From: a virus
Taxonomy: Duplodnaviria > Caudoviricetes
Reading direction: 5' to 3' (one strand)
Virus record (IMG/VR): IMGVR_UViG_3300036715_001099
Location: 1 to 53,657 of that record
Length of the DNA: 53,657 nt
The position numbers were made by a program, and so were the translations under genes. Of this stretch, positions 44,403-53,428 are shown in pieces. A model generated the notes under the pieces. The model had not been told where the DNA came from. It worked only from the letters and a program-made list of their open reading frames with translations, and did not search any database. Position 1 is the first letter of the stretch. Each line of letters begins with the position of its first letter.

Positions 44403-45401
44403 TCAGGACGCCACGCCTGGCAGGACACACTCACGTGGATTCTTGTCGGGCCTGAACATCTTGAAACGCGGGTGCCTGAAGCGACCGCTGGGCTCGCGCT
44501 CGTTGGCCTCGATTTCGATCACGTGACCGATGTACTTGGCTCCGCCGTCCACGCGCTTGGGTCGCCCGTTGTGCGTCACGGTTCGCGGACTGAGTTCGGC
44601 CCGCATGCTGTCTGTCATGCCGCTGACCGATGCTACCTCCACGAGCTCGCCCGTCGCGTCGTACTGGCCGCATGTGATGGCGCCGATCCACCCGTTGGCC
44701 TTGTATTTCGTGATGGACTTCAGCCCGTCCACCTTCTCGCTCAGCGCAGCGGGCTCCTCGTAGCCCATGATGACCACGTCCTCGGTGAGCTCGTGCTTCA
44801 CCTTGGCCCAACGGTTCTTCTCCGCGTAGAGCGAGTCAACGTGCTTGAAGATGACGCCCTCGCCGCCCGCCTCCCACACCATGTTCAGGAATGTGAACTT
44901 CTCATCGCGTCGCACGATGGCCTGCTTCACGTACTTGTTGTTCCACTCCGAGAGCACGTCCACGAGCATGGCGCGTCGCTCGTCAAGCGGCTTGCTGCGC
45001 ACGTCCTCACCCATGTGAAACAGGATGTCGAACGCTCGGTACTCGAGGAACCCGTTCTTCGCCTGAAGCTGCGCCGCACGCGCTGGCAGCGAGCCCATGA
45101 CGCTCGTGACCGCGTTGCTCCGTGCGCCCTCACGCGGGCTGATGATCTCGCCATCCAGGACGCACCCGATGAGCGACTCCACCGGCTCGTTCATCTGCGG
45201 CAGGTTGTCCGTCTTCTCCACGAGCAGACCGTCCACGTCGCTGACTCGCCGGCCCGTGAACCGGGTGCCCTCAGGGCAGAACTGTGCGATGCGCCTGTCC
45301 CCGTCGTACTTGAGCTCCGCTGTCCACTTCGGGTCCTCGTACATCTCCTCCTTGAATTTGCCTCGGGCTGGGGTGGGGTGAAGCTGCTGAAAGACGTACA
45401 T
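44403..45401 (-). CDS. lig: ATP-dependent DNA ligase
   Basis: E.KYDG.R (motif I), LDGEI, AFDIL, EGVIFK, W.KVK, FRHPRF...R.DK. Confidence 0.93.
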   Translation of the reverse strand: MYVFQQLHPTPARGKFKEEMYEDPKWTAELKYDGDRRIAQFCPEGTRFTGRRVSDVDGLLVEKTDNLPQMNEPVESLIGCVLDGEIISPREGARSNAVTSVMGSLPARAAQLQAKNGFLEYRAFDILFHMGEDVRSKPLDERRAMLVDVLSEWNNKYVKQAIVRRDEKFTFLNMVWEAGGEGVIFKHVDSLYAEKNRWAKVKHELTEDVVIMGYEEPAALSEKVDGLKSITKYKANGWIGAITCGQYDATGELVEVASVSGMTDSMRAELSPRTVTHNGRPKRVDGGAKYIGHVIEIEANEREPSGRFRHPRFKMFRPDKNPRECVLPGVAS

Positions 45402-45428
45402 GATCGCTCCGGGTGGTTGAGTTGCGAG

Positions 45429-45707
45429 CTAGAAGCTGACCTTGCCCTCGGCGTTGAGGTAGACCAGCTGCCACTCGCGACGACCGACGCGCTCGTACGT
45501 CCTGCCAGCCGTCGTGACGATCCAGTGATGGCTCCGATCGCGGTGCGCCATGTGCTCAGCCGCGCGCAGCGTCACGCCATGGTTCTCGCTGCTCGGGTCG
45601 ATGTGGGCCGCGCGCTTCTCAGGCAGCCGGTAGACCTCATCGCCATCACGGGTGATCCGGCTGAGTTGCGTACTGCACTGAGTGATTCCCCTGTACTTCT
45701 CAGACAT
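45429..45707 (-). CDS. hypothetical protein
   Basis: AGGAG RBS before ATG 45707. Confidence 0.6.
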   Translation of the reverse strand: MSEKYRGITQCSTQLSRITRDGDEVYRLPEKRAAHIDPSSENHGVTLRAAEHMAHRDRSHHWIVTTAGRTYERVGRREWQLVYLNAEGKVSF

Positions 45708-45720
45708 AGTGTGCTCCTGG

Positions 45721-47751
45721 TTAGAACTTCTTTGCCTTCGGGCCGAAGTACGTATCCCAATGCGCGGCCAGTGCATTGGGAAGTTCACTCGTCCACCTGT
45801 TGGCGTCTCGCACAGCGTACAGACGCTGAAGCCCTCCGCCCAACGTACGGACTGGGATGCCATCATTCACCTGGCGAAAGCCTGCGCGCTTGAGCTCGCG
45901 GGCCAGACCGTTCGTGGTGACCTTCGTCTCACTCTCCGGGTCGTAGGCTTGCTGAAGCTGCGCCGCGCTGAATAGCGCGCACTCCTCTGAGGCCTGCGTT
46001 CCCAGCTGCCTGAGCATGTTGTCGGGCTCCTCGCGCAGTGCCATGCACCACGCGCCGATGTCGCTCTTGTTGTCTCGGATCATCGCACTCTTGGAGTTCG
46101 TACTCGGGGCCGGGGCCTTCGGGTCGAAGCCATCCAAGTCCAGCGTCAGCAGATGGTGGAATAGCGCGCTCGCTCCGCCGCTGCGCCTCCATTTGTCAAA
46201 CGCCTTGTACTTCTCGAGTTCCGCCGGCTCACCTTGCACTTCGTGGACGAAGAAGCGTCGGTCGCTGTCCTCGAGGAAGAACGCGTCCGGATGGTTGGAC
46301 GTGAACAGGTAGTTGATGCGATCCTCGATGGTATAGCTCGGCAGGTACTTGATATTCACGCGGAGTTGCTGCTGCGTGATCATCCCCTTCAGCATGTCCG
46401 CTTGATCGCGTCGGTCGTTGCCCGTGATCTCGTCGCCCACCACGAACTGACGATTCTCAGCCCAATCGTTGAATCCACCCTTCAAGTCCTTGTCGCGGAG
46501 CTCCACCGCGTTTGTCCCGTAGATCTGCATCATGCTGTGTCCCACGAGTGTCTTCCCAGTACCCTGCGCCACGCCCCAGATTGCAGCGGCGGTGAACATC
46601 TTGACGCCCGGGTGTTGCAGCGGGTATGCGAGCCATTGCTCAAACCAGATACGCCCGTCCGGCGACTCCTCATGCTGAAAGAGGAAGTCGAGCAGCCAAG
46701 TCCACGGCTCCACGTCCCCTTCCTTGGGCTCGCAGCCCCACCCGCGCCACTGATTCCAGCAATTGTCCACGATGGCGTCCTTGCCCGGCTCGTAGACCAC
46801 GCGCTCCAGTTCGAAGCGCCGCTCCCACTCCATCCATCGCGGGGCCAGCGGCTTCTTGACTGTGACCTGCGTCTTCTTCGTGACCTGCGTCTCCAGGTAG
46901 TGCCGATTGGAGTACACATGCTCCTTGAAGGCGCCTGGCATCATCTTCTGACCGGACACCCGCGTGATCACCATGCCAGGGTCCCGCACGTACACTACTT
47001 CCTCGTTCAAGCCCCACAGCGCCTCGGCCTCGAGGAACAGTGGCGCCGTCGCCAGGAGCTCCTCCAACGCAGTCGCGCCTCGTGCCATGAGGAAGTCATC
47101 CAGCCCTTGCTTCCCACCATCCTCGCGCGCTGGTAGGCTGGCAATCACCGGCATCGCGCCCCGCGCCGTGAGTTCCTGCGCTAGCTGACGCTGCGCTCGC
47201 ACAACGTTGGGATTCGTGGCCGCGTCGCTGTCGAACACGATCACCACGCGCCGACCATTCCAGTCAGTCTGTTTCAAGACCGGGAGCATGTCCAGTCCGC
47301 GCTTGGAGCTCCGCCACACATCCACGCCACCGAGCCCCATGCACGGGAGACCGACTGCGCAGGCGCTCGCCGCTTTGAACTCGCCCTCGGTGATGTAGAG
47401 TGTCATCGCGGGATCGTCCATGAGCTCCTGCCATGTACCCTCGAACATCGGCGGGAGGTACACATCGTTCAGCGTCTTCGGAGGCTGTGCGTATCGCTGC
47501 GGCTTCTTCGCGACGCCGGCGAAACCAGGGAGGTCCTCCAGGTAGCGAATTCGGTAGAATCCGGTGAGGTCGCCGCTTGGGGCAAAGTACGGTATGCGGA
47601 TCGAGCCAGCACGTATGAAGCTCGGATTGAGCTTGGCGGTCTCGTCGCTTGTAAGAACGTCTAACTTCAGCATCGCGGCTTGCCCATCCTCCAGGCCAGA
47701 GGACTCCCATTTCTTCTTCGCAGCGGCTTGAAGCTCCAATCTCGTCATCAT
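45721..47751 (-). CDS. primase-helicase (Toprim/DUF3854-like + superfamily 3 helicase)
   Basis: ITEGEFKA, IVFDSD, KQGLDD Toprim motifs; G.AQGTGKT, FN.W, V.DE, TSN. Confidence 0.9.
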   Translation of the reverse strand: MMTRLELQAAAKKKWESSGLEDGQAAMLKLDVLTSDETAKLNPSFIRAGSIRIPYFAPSGDLTGFYRIRYLEDLPGFAGVAKKPQRYAQPPKTLNDVYLPPMFEGTWQELMDDPAMTLYITEGEFKAASACAVGLPCMGLGGVDVWRSSKRGLDMLPVLKQTDWNGRRVVIVFDSDAATNPNVVRAQRQLAQELTARGAMPVIASLPAREDGGKQGLDDFLMARGATALEELLATAPLFLEAEALWGLNEEVVYVRDPGMVITRVSGQKMMPGAFKEHVYSNRHYLETQVTKKTQVTVKKPLAPRWMEWERRFELERVVYEPGKDAIVDNCWNQWRGWGCEPKEGDVEPWTWLLDFLFQHEESPDGRIWFEQWLAYPLQHPGVKMFTAAAIWGVAQGTGKTLVGHSMMQIYGTNAVELRDKDLKGGFNDWAENRQFVVGDEITGNDRRDQADMLKGMITQQQLRVNIKYLPSYTIEDRINYLFTSNHPDAFFLEDSDRRFFVHEVQGEPAELEKYKAFDKWRRSGGASALFHHLLTLDLDGFDPKAPAPSTNSKSAMIRDNKSDIGAWCMALREEPDNMLRQLGTQASEECALFSAAQLQQAYDPESETKVTTNGLARELKRAGFRQVNDGIPVRTLGGGLQRLYAVRDANRWTSELPNALAAHWDTYFGPKAKKF

Positions 47752-47777
47752 GACTTTGGGTCTCGTCAGCTAGGTAC

Positions 47778-47809
47778 GCAGGCCGGGCCAACGTAGCGGC
47801 CCGGCCTGC
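47778..47809. other. 12-bp stem, 8-nt loop hairpin upstream of the primase
   Basis: GCAGGCCGGGCC-aacgtagc-GGCCCGGCCTGC. Confidence 0.6.
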
Positions 47810-47826
47810 CAGTGTAAACGTCGCGG

Positions 47827-48090
47827 CTAGTTGTGGAGCCTACGCCACTCGGTTAACCACAGATCGCCAGGATAGACCGTGATCCCGTTCGTCTCGCACC
47901 ACTCGTTCGTCGCATGCTGCGCCGCGCCCGGCTTCCCGTACGTCACGATCGCATCGGGGTTCGTGCCAAACAGGTCAAGCGGCGCTTTCACATGCACAGC
48001 GTGAAGTAGCTTGGGATCCGCGTCACGTACGAACTCGTCGAAGCCGCGCTTGTTTGCGATCACGTAGATCGTCTTGATCTGAACGCTCAT
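47827..48090 (-). CDS. hypothetical protein
   Basis: ATG 48090 in an ATGA overlap. Confidence 0.6.
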   Translation of the reverse strand: MSVQIKTIYVIANKRGFDEFVRDADPKLLHAVHVKAPLDLFGTNPDAIVTYGKPGAAQHATNEWCETNGITVYPGDLWLTEWRRLHN

Positions 48091-48221
48091 CCGATCCACC
48101 ACCTTTTGAACGCGATGTCCAGCACTCGGGACTCCCTCTGGCGTTGCTTGCGCAGCGCCCACGCATTCCACCCAAGGAGCCCCACCACGAGTCCAAGGAT
48201 GGCGCAGGACGCGACGGTCAC
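48087..48221 (-). CDS. small membrane protein
   Basis: GTGA/ATGA overlaps at both ends; AILGLVVGLLGWNAWAL TM segment followed by a basic tail. Confidence 0.45.
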   Translation of the reverse strand: MTVASCAILGLVVGLLGWNAWALRKQRQRESRVLDIAFKRWWIG

Positions 48222-48502
48222 AGCGGCACCGACGCGGGCCAGGGGATACGCTGGCCATGTGGGTCGCAGACCGGCTTGTCGTCTGTGGTCTCGAGCCACA
48301 CCCTCACTCGCGTGGTGCCCGTCGGGCATGGGCTGCGTTCCACGTCCACTAGCGGTTTGACCATACGCAGTTTCTTCAAAAGCCCCACCATCACCGAGAA
48401 CTCGCCGGCTCGCGGTGTGCGCCCCGGGCTCTTGTTGAATCGCTCCGCCATCTCCACGACGAGGTCGGCTTCCTGCGGCGTCAGTTCGAACTTGATCTTC
48501 AC
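48218..48502 (-). CDS. hypothetical protein
   Basis: TAAGGAGG RBS. Confidence 0.65.
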   Translation of the reverse strand: MKIKFELTPQEADLVVEMAERFNKSPGRTPRAGEFSVMVGLLKKLRMVKPLVDVERSPCPTGTTRVRVWLETTDDKPVCDPHGQRIPWPASVPL

Positions 48503-48511
48503 GTGTCCTCC

Positions 48512-48898
48512 TTAGCGGTTGGTCAGGCTGCTCTTGAATCCCGGCAGAAAGCGCACACCCACCGAGCACTCGATCATCGGACGCCAGGTCAGGCCGCAGT
48601 ATTGACAAGAATGCGTGTGGTGAGGGTGCGTGGCCCACCGACCTTCGTCAATATGAAGCTCCCCGCACTTCTCGCAGCAGAGCCGCGCAGCTATCGGCTT
48701 GGCGGTCTTCTTGTCGGGCTTCGATGGAGCAGTCACACAGCCTTCGGAGCACCCGATGGCCGTGATCGGCGTACTGCACTTGGAACACATCGCCGGGCCG
48801 GGCTCCCCGGATTTGGGCTTGTGAACCGAGTTGGCGCATCCACAACCCGTCGGGGTGATTGGCTTCAGGCAATCGGGGCAGTTGTACGTCGTGGTCAT
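48512..48898 (-). CDS. Cys-rich multi-zinc-finger protein
   Basis: Two CxxC..PIT..GC repeats plus CEKCGELHID.G.WAT.PH.TH.C..CG..WRP. Confidence 0.7.
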   Translation of the reverse strand: MTTTYNCPDCLKPITPTGCGCANSVHKPKSGEPGPAMCSKCSTPITAIGCSEGCVTAPSKPDKKTAKPIAARLCCEKCGELHIDEGRWATHPHHTHSCQYCGLTWRPMIECSVGVRFLPGFKSSLTNR

Positions 48899-49167
48899 GG
48901 CGTCTCCTGTGCAACCTTCTTGTGTCGTTTGCGGCCGATCTCGTTGACGTGCTTCGGACAGTACCGCTTCGCGTCGGTGCCGTCCGCGGTAGCCCGGAAG
49001 TAACACTGATGCTCAGCAACAAGATCATCAGCAGCGACCGTGAATTCACACCGCACCTCCGGCCCCTTCTTGGGCTCCTGAAACACCTTCGTGAACGACA
49101 TTCCGAGCGGGTTGCTCGCTGCTCTAGGTACTTTCGGGTACATACTGCGCACGCCTCGGTTCGCCAT
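48895..49167 (-). CDS. hypothetical protein
   Basis: AAGGAG RBS; C/H residues. Confidence 0.55.
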   Translation of the reverse strand: MANRGVRSMYPKVPRAASNPLGMSFTKVFQEPKKGPEVRCEFTVAADDLVAEHQCYFRATADGTDAKRYCPKHVNEIGRKRHKKVAQETP

Positions 49168-49970
49168 CAGGCAAGCTCCTTACACTGTTCGAATAACTTT
49201 TCACGCCAACGCATAGCGAACGTTCTGCAGTTCTGACAAGCCGAGTGCGTACACCCTGGAAGCGGCCCCTCCCTGCGCCCCGCTAGACTCCACGCCAATG
49301 AGTCGGCGCTGTGCAGCAGTCCGGTCACCTTGGCGAGCCCTTGGGTCTTCACGCCGAACCCGTGCAACTTCAACCCGTGCGCGTGTAGTCGCTTCACGAT
49401 CCCTGCTATCTCGTCGGTCGCCTGGCGCCTGCACACAGATCCCAGTCCTACTATTGGCTCCTTTCGTAGGTCCACTCCAGCGCGCAGATACATCTGGATA
49501 TGAGCGAAGTAGTCGTCATTCTCCCAACCTTGCAACACCGGAGTCCACTGAATCTCAGGGGCCATACGGCGCAGGTCCATGAGTGACTGAACAGTTAGCT
49601 TCTGATGCTCCGTCGTAGTCTTCCCGGTCTTCGCTCGAATCACTGGCTCGCACATCCAGTCCTGGATTGCAGCCCAGTCCATTCCACCTATCTGCTTCGC
49701 CCATCTACGAACCTCTTCAACGTAAGCGGCTGCGCTCACCGCACCCCAGTCGCCATTCATGGAAAGCTCGGAAAATCCCCCCGAGTCAAGCGACCACCGA
49801 GTAACACTCTTCGGCCACCATTTCTGTTGAGTAAGCCTGCGCCGTGAGACGAAGAGCGGAACGTTCACCTTGGTCAGCCAGTCTGGAAGATGGGTGCCAA
49901 GGTAGAACAACGTCTTGACCGCGGGCGCGCTCGGACGTGGTTGCCTCGGGTAGCGCAGCGGCAGGCTCAT
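49167..49970 (-). CDS. TGT-fold (queuine tRNA-ribosyltransferase/DpdA-like) base-exchange enzyme
   Basis: LDSGGFS, QDWMCEP, PVLQG, VGLGSVCRRQ, LHGFGVK, SADSLAWS. Confidence 0.75.
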   Translation of the reverse strand: MSLPLRYPRQPRPSAPAVKTLFYLGTHLPDWLTKVNVPLFVSRRRLTQQKWWPKSVTRWSLDSGGFSELSMNGDWGAVSAAAYVEEVRRWAKQIGGMDWAAIQDWMCEPVIRAKTGKTTTEHQKLTVQSLMDLRRMAPEIQWTPVLQGWENDDYFAHIQMYLRAGVDLRKEPIVGLGSVCRRQATDEIAGIVKRLHAHGLKLHGFGVKTQGLAKVTGLLHSADSLAWSLAGRREGPLPGCTHSACQNCRTFAMRWREKLFEQCKELA

Positions 49971-50197
49971 GCGGCCCAACCTAATCCAACGCCGCATGAC
50001 CAGCAAATTCGATAGGAGCCCTCAGCACCACGCGCTTCGTCGTACCGAATGCGGTGACCCTCTTCGCTGCACTCCTTCAGAATTCGCTTGCGCTCCTCCA
50101 TCAGAATTCTCAGCTTGTTGTCGATGGCGCTGAGTCCGCTCTTTCTGGAGAACTCCGAAGGTGTGGGGTGTGGGGCGTGCGTCGACCACGCCCCCAT
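49967..50197 (-). CDS. hypothetical protein
   Basis: Ends in an ATGA overlap with the TGT-like gene; start uncertain. Confidence 0.45.
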   Translation of the reverse strand: MGAWSTHAPHPTPSEFSRKSGLSAIDNKLRILMEERKRILKECSEEGHRIRYDEARGAEGSYRICWSCGVGLGWAA

Positions 50198-50217
50198 CGC
50201 CGGCTTCCTCGATGAGC

Positions 50218-50700
50218 TTAGTCACTGTGATCCTCGCAGTTCTCCGTTCCGGGCACCACGGGCTGACCACATCGTCGGCGGAATACGGTGTCGTAGCGAG
50301 TCATCTGGCAGCCCTCCCGCTGCGCACGCGCCGAGCCCTCATCGACCAGCTTCTGGTTCGCCGCACGCTGCGCAACCTGCCACTCCTTGACCACCTCGCT
50401 CAGTTCGTATCGGAAGTGCGCCTCGATGAAGTCTGCGACCTCGTTCATCTCGCGCTCGCTCATGTCCATGCTCTCGCCGCAGAGGTCCGCGGCGTCCAAG
50501 ATGGCGTACTCGAGCGACTCTCTGCGCCACCTCTTGAGGAGCTCCTCAATGGGGCCTGTGTACTCCATCAAGTCGCTTGCGACTTCGGCCGGAGTGTGGT
50601 CCAGAACTTCAGGGTCGCCGTTGTTGTACTTCTCGACGATCTGTGCAAGCGCCACCTTCTTCATCGCTGCCAGTTCGGCGGGCGTCATCGCGGCCACCAC
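50218..50700 (-). CDS. hypothetical acidic protein
   Basis: Long ORF with phage codon usage. Confidence 0.65.
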   Translation of the reverse strand: MVAAMTPAELAAMKKVALAQIVEKYNNGDPEVLDHTPAEVASDLMEYTGPIEELLKRWRRESLEYAILDAADLCGESMDMSEREMNEVADFIEAHFRYELSEVVKEWQVAQRAANQKLVDEGSARAQREGCQMTRYDTVFRRRCGQPVVPGTENCEDHSD

Positions 50701-50939
50701 TCGTTCAGGTCGATGTAGTCCGTGCGCGCCCCGTCATCGCTCACGGGCACCGCGCCCACAGGCCACACAACCTCCTCGGTACGAGCGATCACGCGGTACT
50801 TCCTGTGACTGTCCGCCAGCTGGAACAGCGCGCACTTGTCAAGAGCCTCGGTCGGCCCGCTGAAGTTGTCGTGCTGAGTATCCAGCCACCTGCCCACCCG
50901 CACCGAGAACAGCTGCACAACGAAGACGATCTGGTTCAT
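50685..50939 (-). CDS. small protein, paralog 3 of a tandem trio
   Basis: FVVQ...W.D...F....A...YRVI.R..EVV. Confidence 0.7.
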   Translation of the reverse strand: MNQIVFVVQLFSVRVGRWLDTQHDNFSGPTEALDKCALFQLADSHRKYRVIARTEEVVWPVGAVPVSDDGARTDYIDLNEWWPR

Positions 50940-51157
50940 GACTTCTCCGGCTTGGCATCCGTCTTCAGCACGCGGTCGGCGCGCTCGAGCAGCTGGAGCT
51001 TCCAGCCGGGCGGCAGGCTGCTGAGCTTCCTGGCGTACCGCTCTTCGGCCTCGGTGCGGTCCAGGAAGGACGACCAGTCGTTCCAGACGGACGTTCCGCC
51101 GGGCATGATCTGCAGGACGAACAGTTTCTTCAGCATGGCTTCACTTCTCCGGTACAT
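50936..51157 (-). CDS. small protein, paralog 2 of a tandem trio
   Basis: FVLQ...WND...F....A...LQLLER...VL; start uncertain. Confidence 0.7.
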   Translation of the reverse strand: MYRRSEAMLKKLFVLQIMPGGTSVWNDWSSFLDRTEAEERYARKLSSLPPGWKLQLLERADRVLKTDAKPEKS

Positions 51158-51362
51158 CGAGGATGACTTCTTCCTGCTTACGCTCTACGAGGCGGTACTG
51201 AACCGCACCGATCAGGCCGTTGCAGCGGATGCTCTTACTCATCGCGCGGAACTCGTCGACCGCGACGCGCTTGTCCATGAACTCCTTGCTGTCCCTCCAC
51301 TTGTTGGGCGGGCCGATGGCGAGCCTGTGCTGTACGACGTACGTAATCACTTGACCTTCCAC
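51141..51362 (-). CDS. small protein, paralog 1 of a tandem trio
   Basis: YVVQ...WRD...F....A...YRLVER..EEVI. Confidence 0.7.
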   Translation of the reverse strand: MEGQVITYVVQHRLAIGPPNKWRDSKEFMDKRVAVDEFRAMSKSIRCNGLIGAVQYRLVERKQEEVILDVPEK

Positions 51363-51607
51363 TTCACGTAGAGATGCAAGCTGATGTCGGGCCCGGCGGA
51401 GCGCTGCACATACGGAGACAGCGGATCCACCTTGCTCAGTACCGGGCGCCGGATGTCCAACTCCATGTCCTCGATCTCTCCGTGCTCCGGGCTCAGGTTG
51501 TGCGTGGTGCCGTCGTCCATCGTCATGATTACAATCATGGACCTGACCTTGCTCGGCTTCAGGTTGTCCGTGGTCAGCTTGATATCCACTTCGTCCTTCG
51601 TGCTCAT
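51347..51607 (-). CDS. hypothetical protein
   Basis: ATGA overlap, AAGG RBS. Confidence 0.6.
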   Translation of the reverse strand: MSTKDEVDIKLTTDNLKPSKVRSMIVIMTMDDGTTHNLSPEHGEIEDMELDIRRPVLSKVDPLSPYVQRSAGPDISLHLYVKWKVK

Positions 51608-52044
51608 GGATTCACCTTCTTAGCCCGCGGGTCAGCGGGCGGGTTCGGGTAGATCAGCGGTAGAGCAGGGTCAACGGTCCAATCGTATTGCTTGTAGAAC
51701 TCGGGTTCCTTGCGTAGCAGGAGCGCCTTGTGCATGTCGTGAAACTCGTCGCCTCCGAACCACGGAGGCATCGCCGTAGTGCCATCCTTGCGCTGATCGG
51801 GGACTTCCATGTTGTTCACGTAGCCCCGGCGCTTCCACTCCCAGATGACCTCGCGCATGTAGATGCACAGAGCGTTGTCGTAGTGAGTCCACATCTTCGT
51901 TGCCGGGTGGTTCACCCATCCCGCCGTGACCCCGCGCAGGCCGTTGATGATCTGCAGGCACTCCAGGCGCTGCTTACCGAGCCGACGCATATCCAGGCAG
52001 CTTGCGCTCTGCACGAAACTCGGGTAGGGGAGAAAGGTCTGCAT
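51604..52044 (-). CDS. pyrimidine-dimer DNA glycosylase/endonuclease V-like protein (MSMEG_6728-type)
   Basis: MQTFLPY..F..SA..LD..RLGKQR.E..QI, W.NHPA..MW, PPW.G...H..H...L..K. Confidence 0.85.
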   Translation of the reverse strand: MQTFLPYPSFVQSASCLDMRRLGKQRLECLQIINGLRGVTAGWVNHPATKMWTHYDNALCIYMREVIWEWKRRGYVNNMEVPDQRKDGTTAMPPWFGGDEFHDMHKALLLRKEPEFYKQYDWTVDPALPLIYPNPPADPRAKKVNP

Positions 52045-52048
52045 CGCG

Positions 52049-52498
52049 CTACTCCTTCTCTGGCTTGGCTGCAAGAGGAATCTTCTTGACGACAGGTCTG
52101 GGGCCGATCGTGGTCTGCGGCTTCGGAACAGGGAAGTCGGTGTGACCCCGTGCAGCTGCGATCTGGCTTACATCACTCGGACGCCCGCGCAGTTTGCCAA
52201 CCGCGGGATCGTCCAGTCGCTCGCGAACCTCCTGCGCAGTGGCCGTCTCCAGCGAAATGCTGATGAGGGCGCGCAGCACATTCCCGCTCGAACTGAACAT
52301 CTTCACGACGCGCTCAGTGGCGCGAACCTTGTTGGCGAGCGGAGATATCTGCGCGAAAATGCCCGACGGGAGCACGCGGTTGAGCGCCGCTTGCGCCTGA
52401 TCAAGCTCCTTGAGAGCGCCTGCGTAGCACTCTGCACGCAGCTTTTCAATGTGAGCAAGCTGTTGGATATCCACGGAAACCTGTAAGATACTCCCCAT
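52049..52498 (-). CDS. hypothetical protein, first gene of the leftward operon
   Basis: GAGGTG RBS. Confidence 0.6.
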   Translation of the reverse strand: MGSILQVSVDIQQLAHIEKLRAECYAGALKELDQAQAALNRVLPSGIFAQISPLANKVRATERVVKMFSSSGNVLRALISISLETATAQEVRERLDDPAVGKLRGRPSDVSQIAAARGHTDFPVPKPQTTIGPRPVVKKIPLAAKPEKE

Positions 52499-52499
52499 T

Positions 52500-52834
52500 A
52501 ATCACCTCAAAACAGCGGGTTTGACTGCCCGCACCCTAGCCCCACGCGGCTTAATTGTGCAACTTAAGTATAATTGTTTGGGTCTTGGGCTAAGTTTTGA
52601 GCGCGCGGCCCCGCATTGTGTAACTGAGCTCAAAACTCTCGGCACCACGTAACCCCGCGTTTTGGCTGGGGAAATTACGGTTCGCAGCACAGAGGACTGA
52701 GTGTTACGTTACACATTTGCTTATCCTTGGTTCTGAAAAAGTGTTAAATATAGTAGTAGTATAGTAAGGGAAAACCAATAGGGGTTTGGGCCTGCACTGT
52801 GTAACTGTAACAAGTCTTCAAAATAGTCTGCGCT
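52500..52834. other. AT-rich divergent intergenic region, candidate replication origin or control region
   Basis: Most AT-rich stretch of the window; TAGTAGTAGTATAGTA core flanked by inverted TGTTACGTTACACA (52702-15) and TGTGTAACTGTAACA (52798-812). Confidence 0.55.
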
Positions 52835-53428
52835 GTGCAAGTTTACATGGAGGTTGCGCTCGAGTATGTTGTCCCTATTCAATGTCTTCGCGCGAGGAGT
52901 TGTGTTGTGCGGATTAGCGGCCTGGAAGCTGGAGATGAGCTCGACCTGCGCTGGTTCTTTGGGGAGCGCGACACGTCACTGGGGATGCGGAGCAATTACG
53001 GGTCGCTCGTGGACAGGTTGTCCGGACTGAGCTCGGGGACCAACCTCGAATTCAGCATGAGCGAGCAGGTGTTCAAGGCCGCCACCCGTGCTCGGCTGGT
53101 ATCGAAGGCGTTGCGGGCCATCCCCGAGCAGCAAGCGCGCATTCTTTGCGATGCCTACGGCCCGATCGTTGAGACTCAGCTTTACCCGTCATTCAGTCTG
53201 CTCGCGGACATCGTATGTCAGCTGCTCTCCGTTCGCGCAGCGCACCGCGCGGCAAGGAGCAAGGACCCCGTCGCCAGGTGGCTCGCGAGCCAGACACGCT
53301 TGACTGTCCCCTCCGCCCGGGACGTAGTGTATCACGCGACCCGCGAAGCTACGCAGCTGCTGACCGAAGCGGCGCTCGCGTACGCACAAGCGCGCACGGG
53401 CCGACACCTGACGCCGGAGGGGCGATGA
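52835..53428 (+). CDS. hypothetical protein (possible transcription regulator); start uncertain
   Basis: First rightward ORF; L..IP..Q..IL...Y segment resembles sigma region 4-adjacent helices. Confidence 0.55.
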   Translation: MQVYMEVALEYVVPIQCLRARSCVVRISGLEAGDELDLRWFFGERDTSLGMRSNYGSLVDRLSGLSSGTNLEFSMSEQVFKAATRARLVSKALRAIPEQQARILCDAYGPIVETQLYPSFSLLADIVCQLLSVRAAHRAARSKDPVARWLASQTRLTVPSARDVVYHATREATQLLTEAALAYAQARTGRHLTPEGR

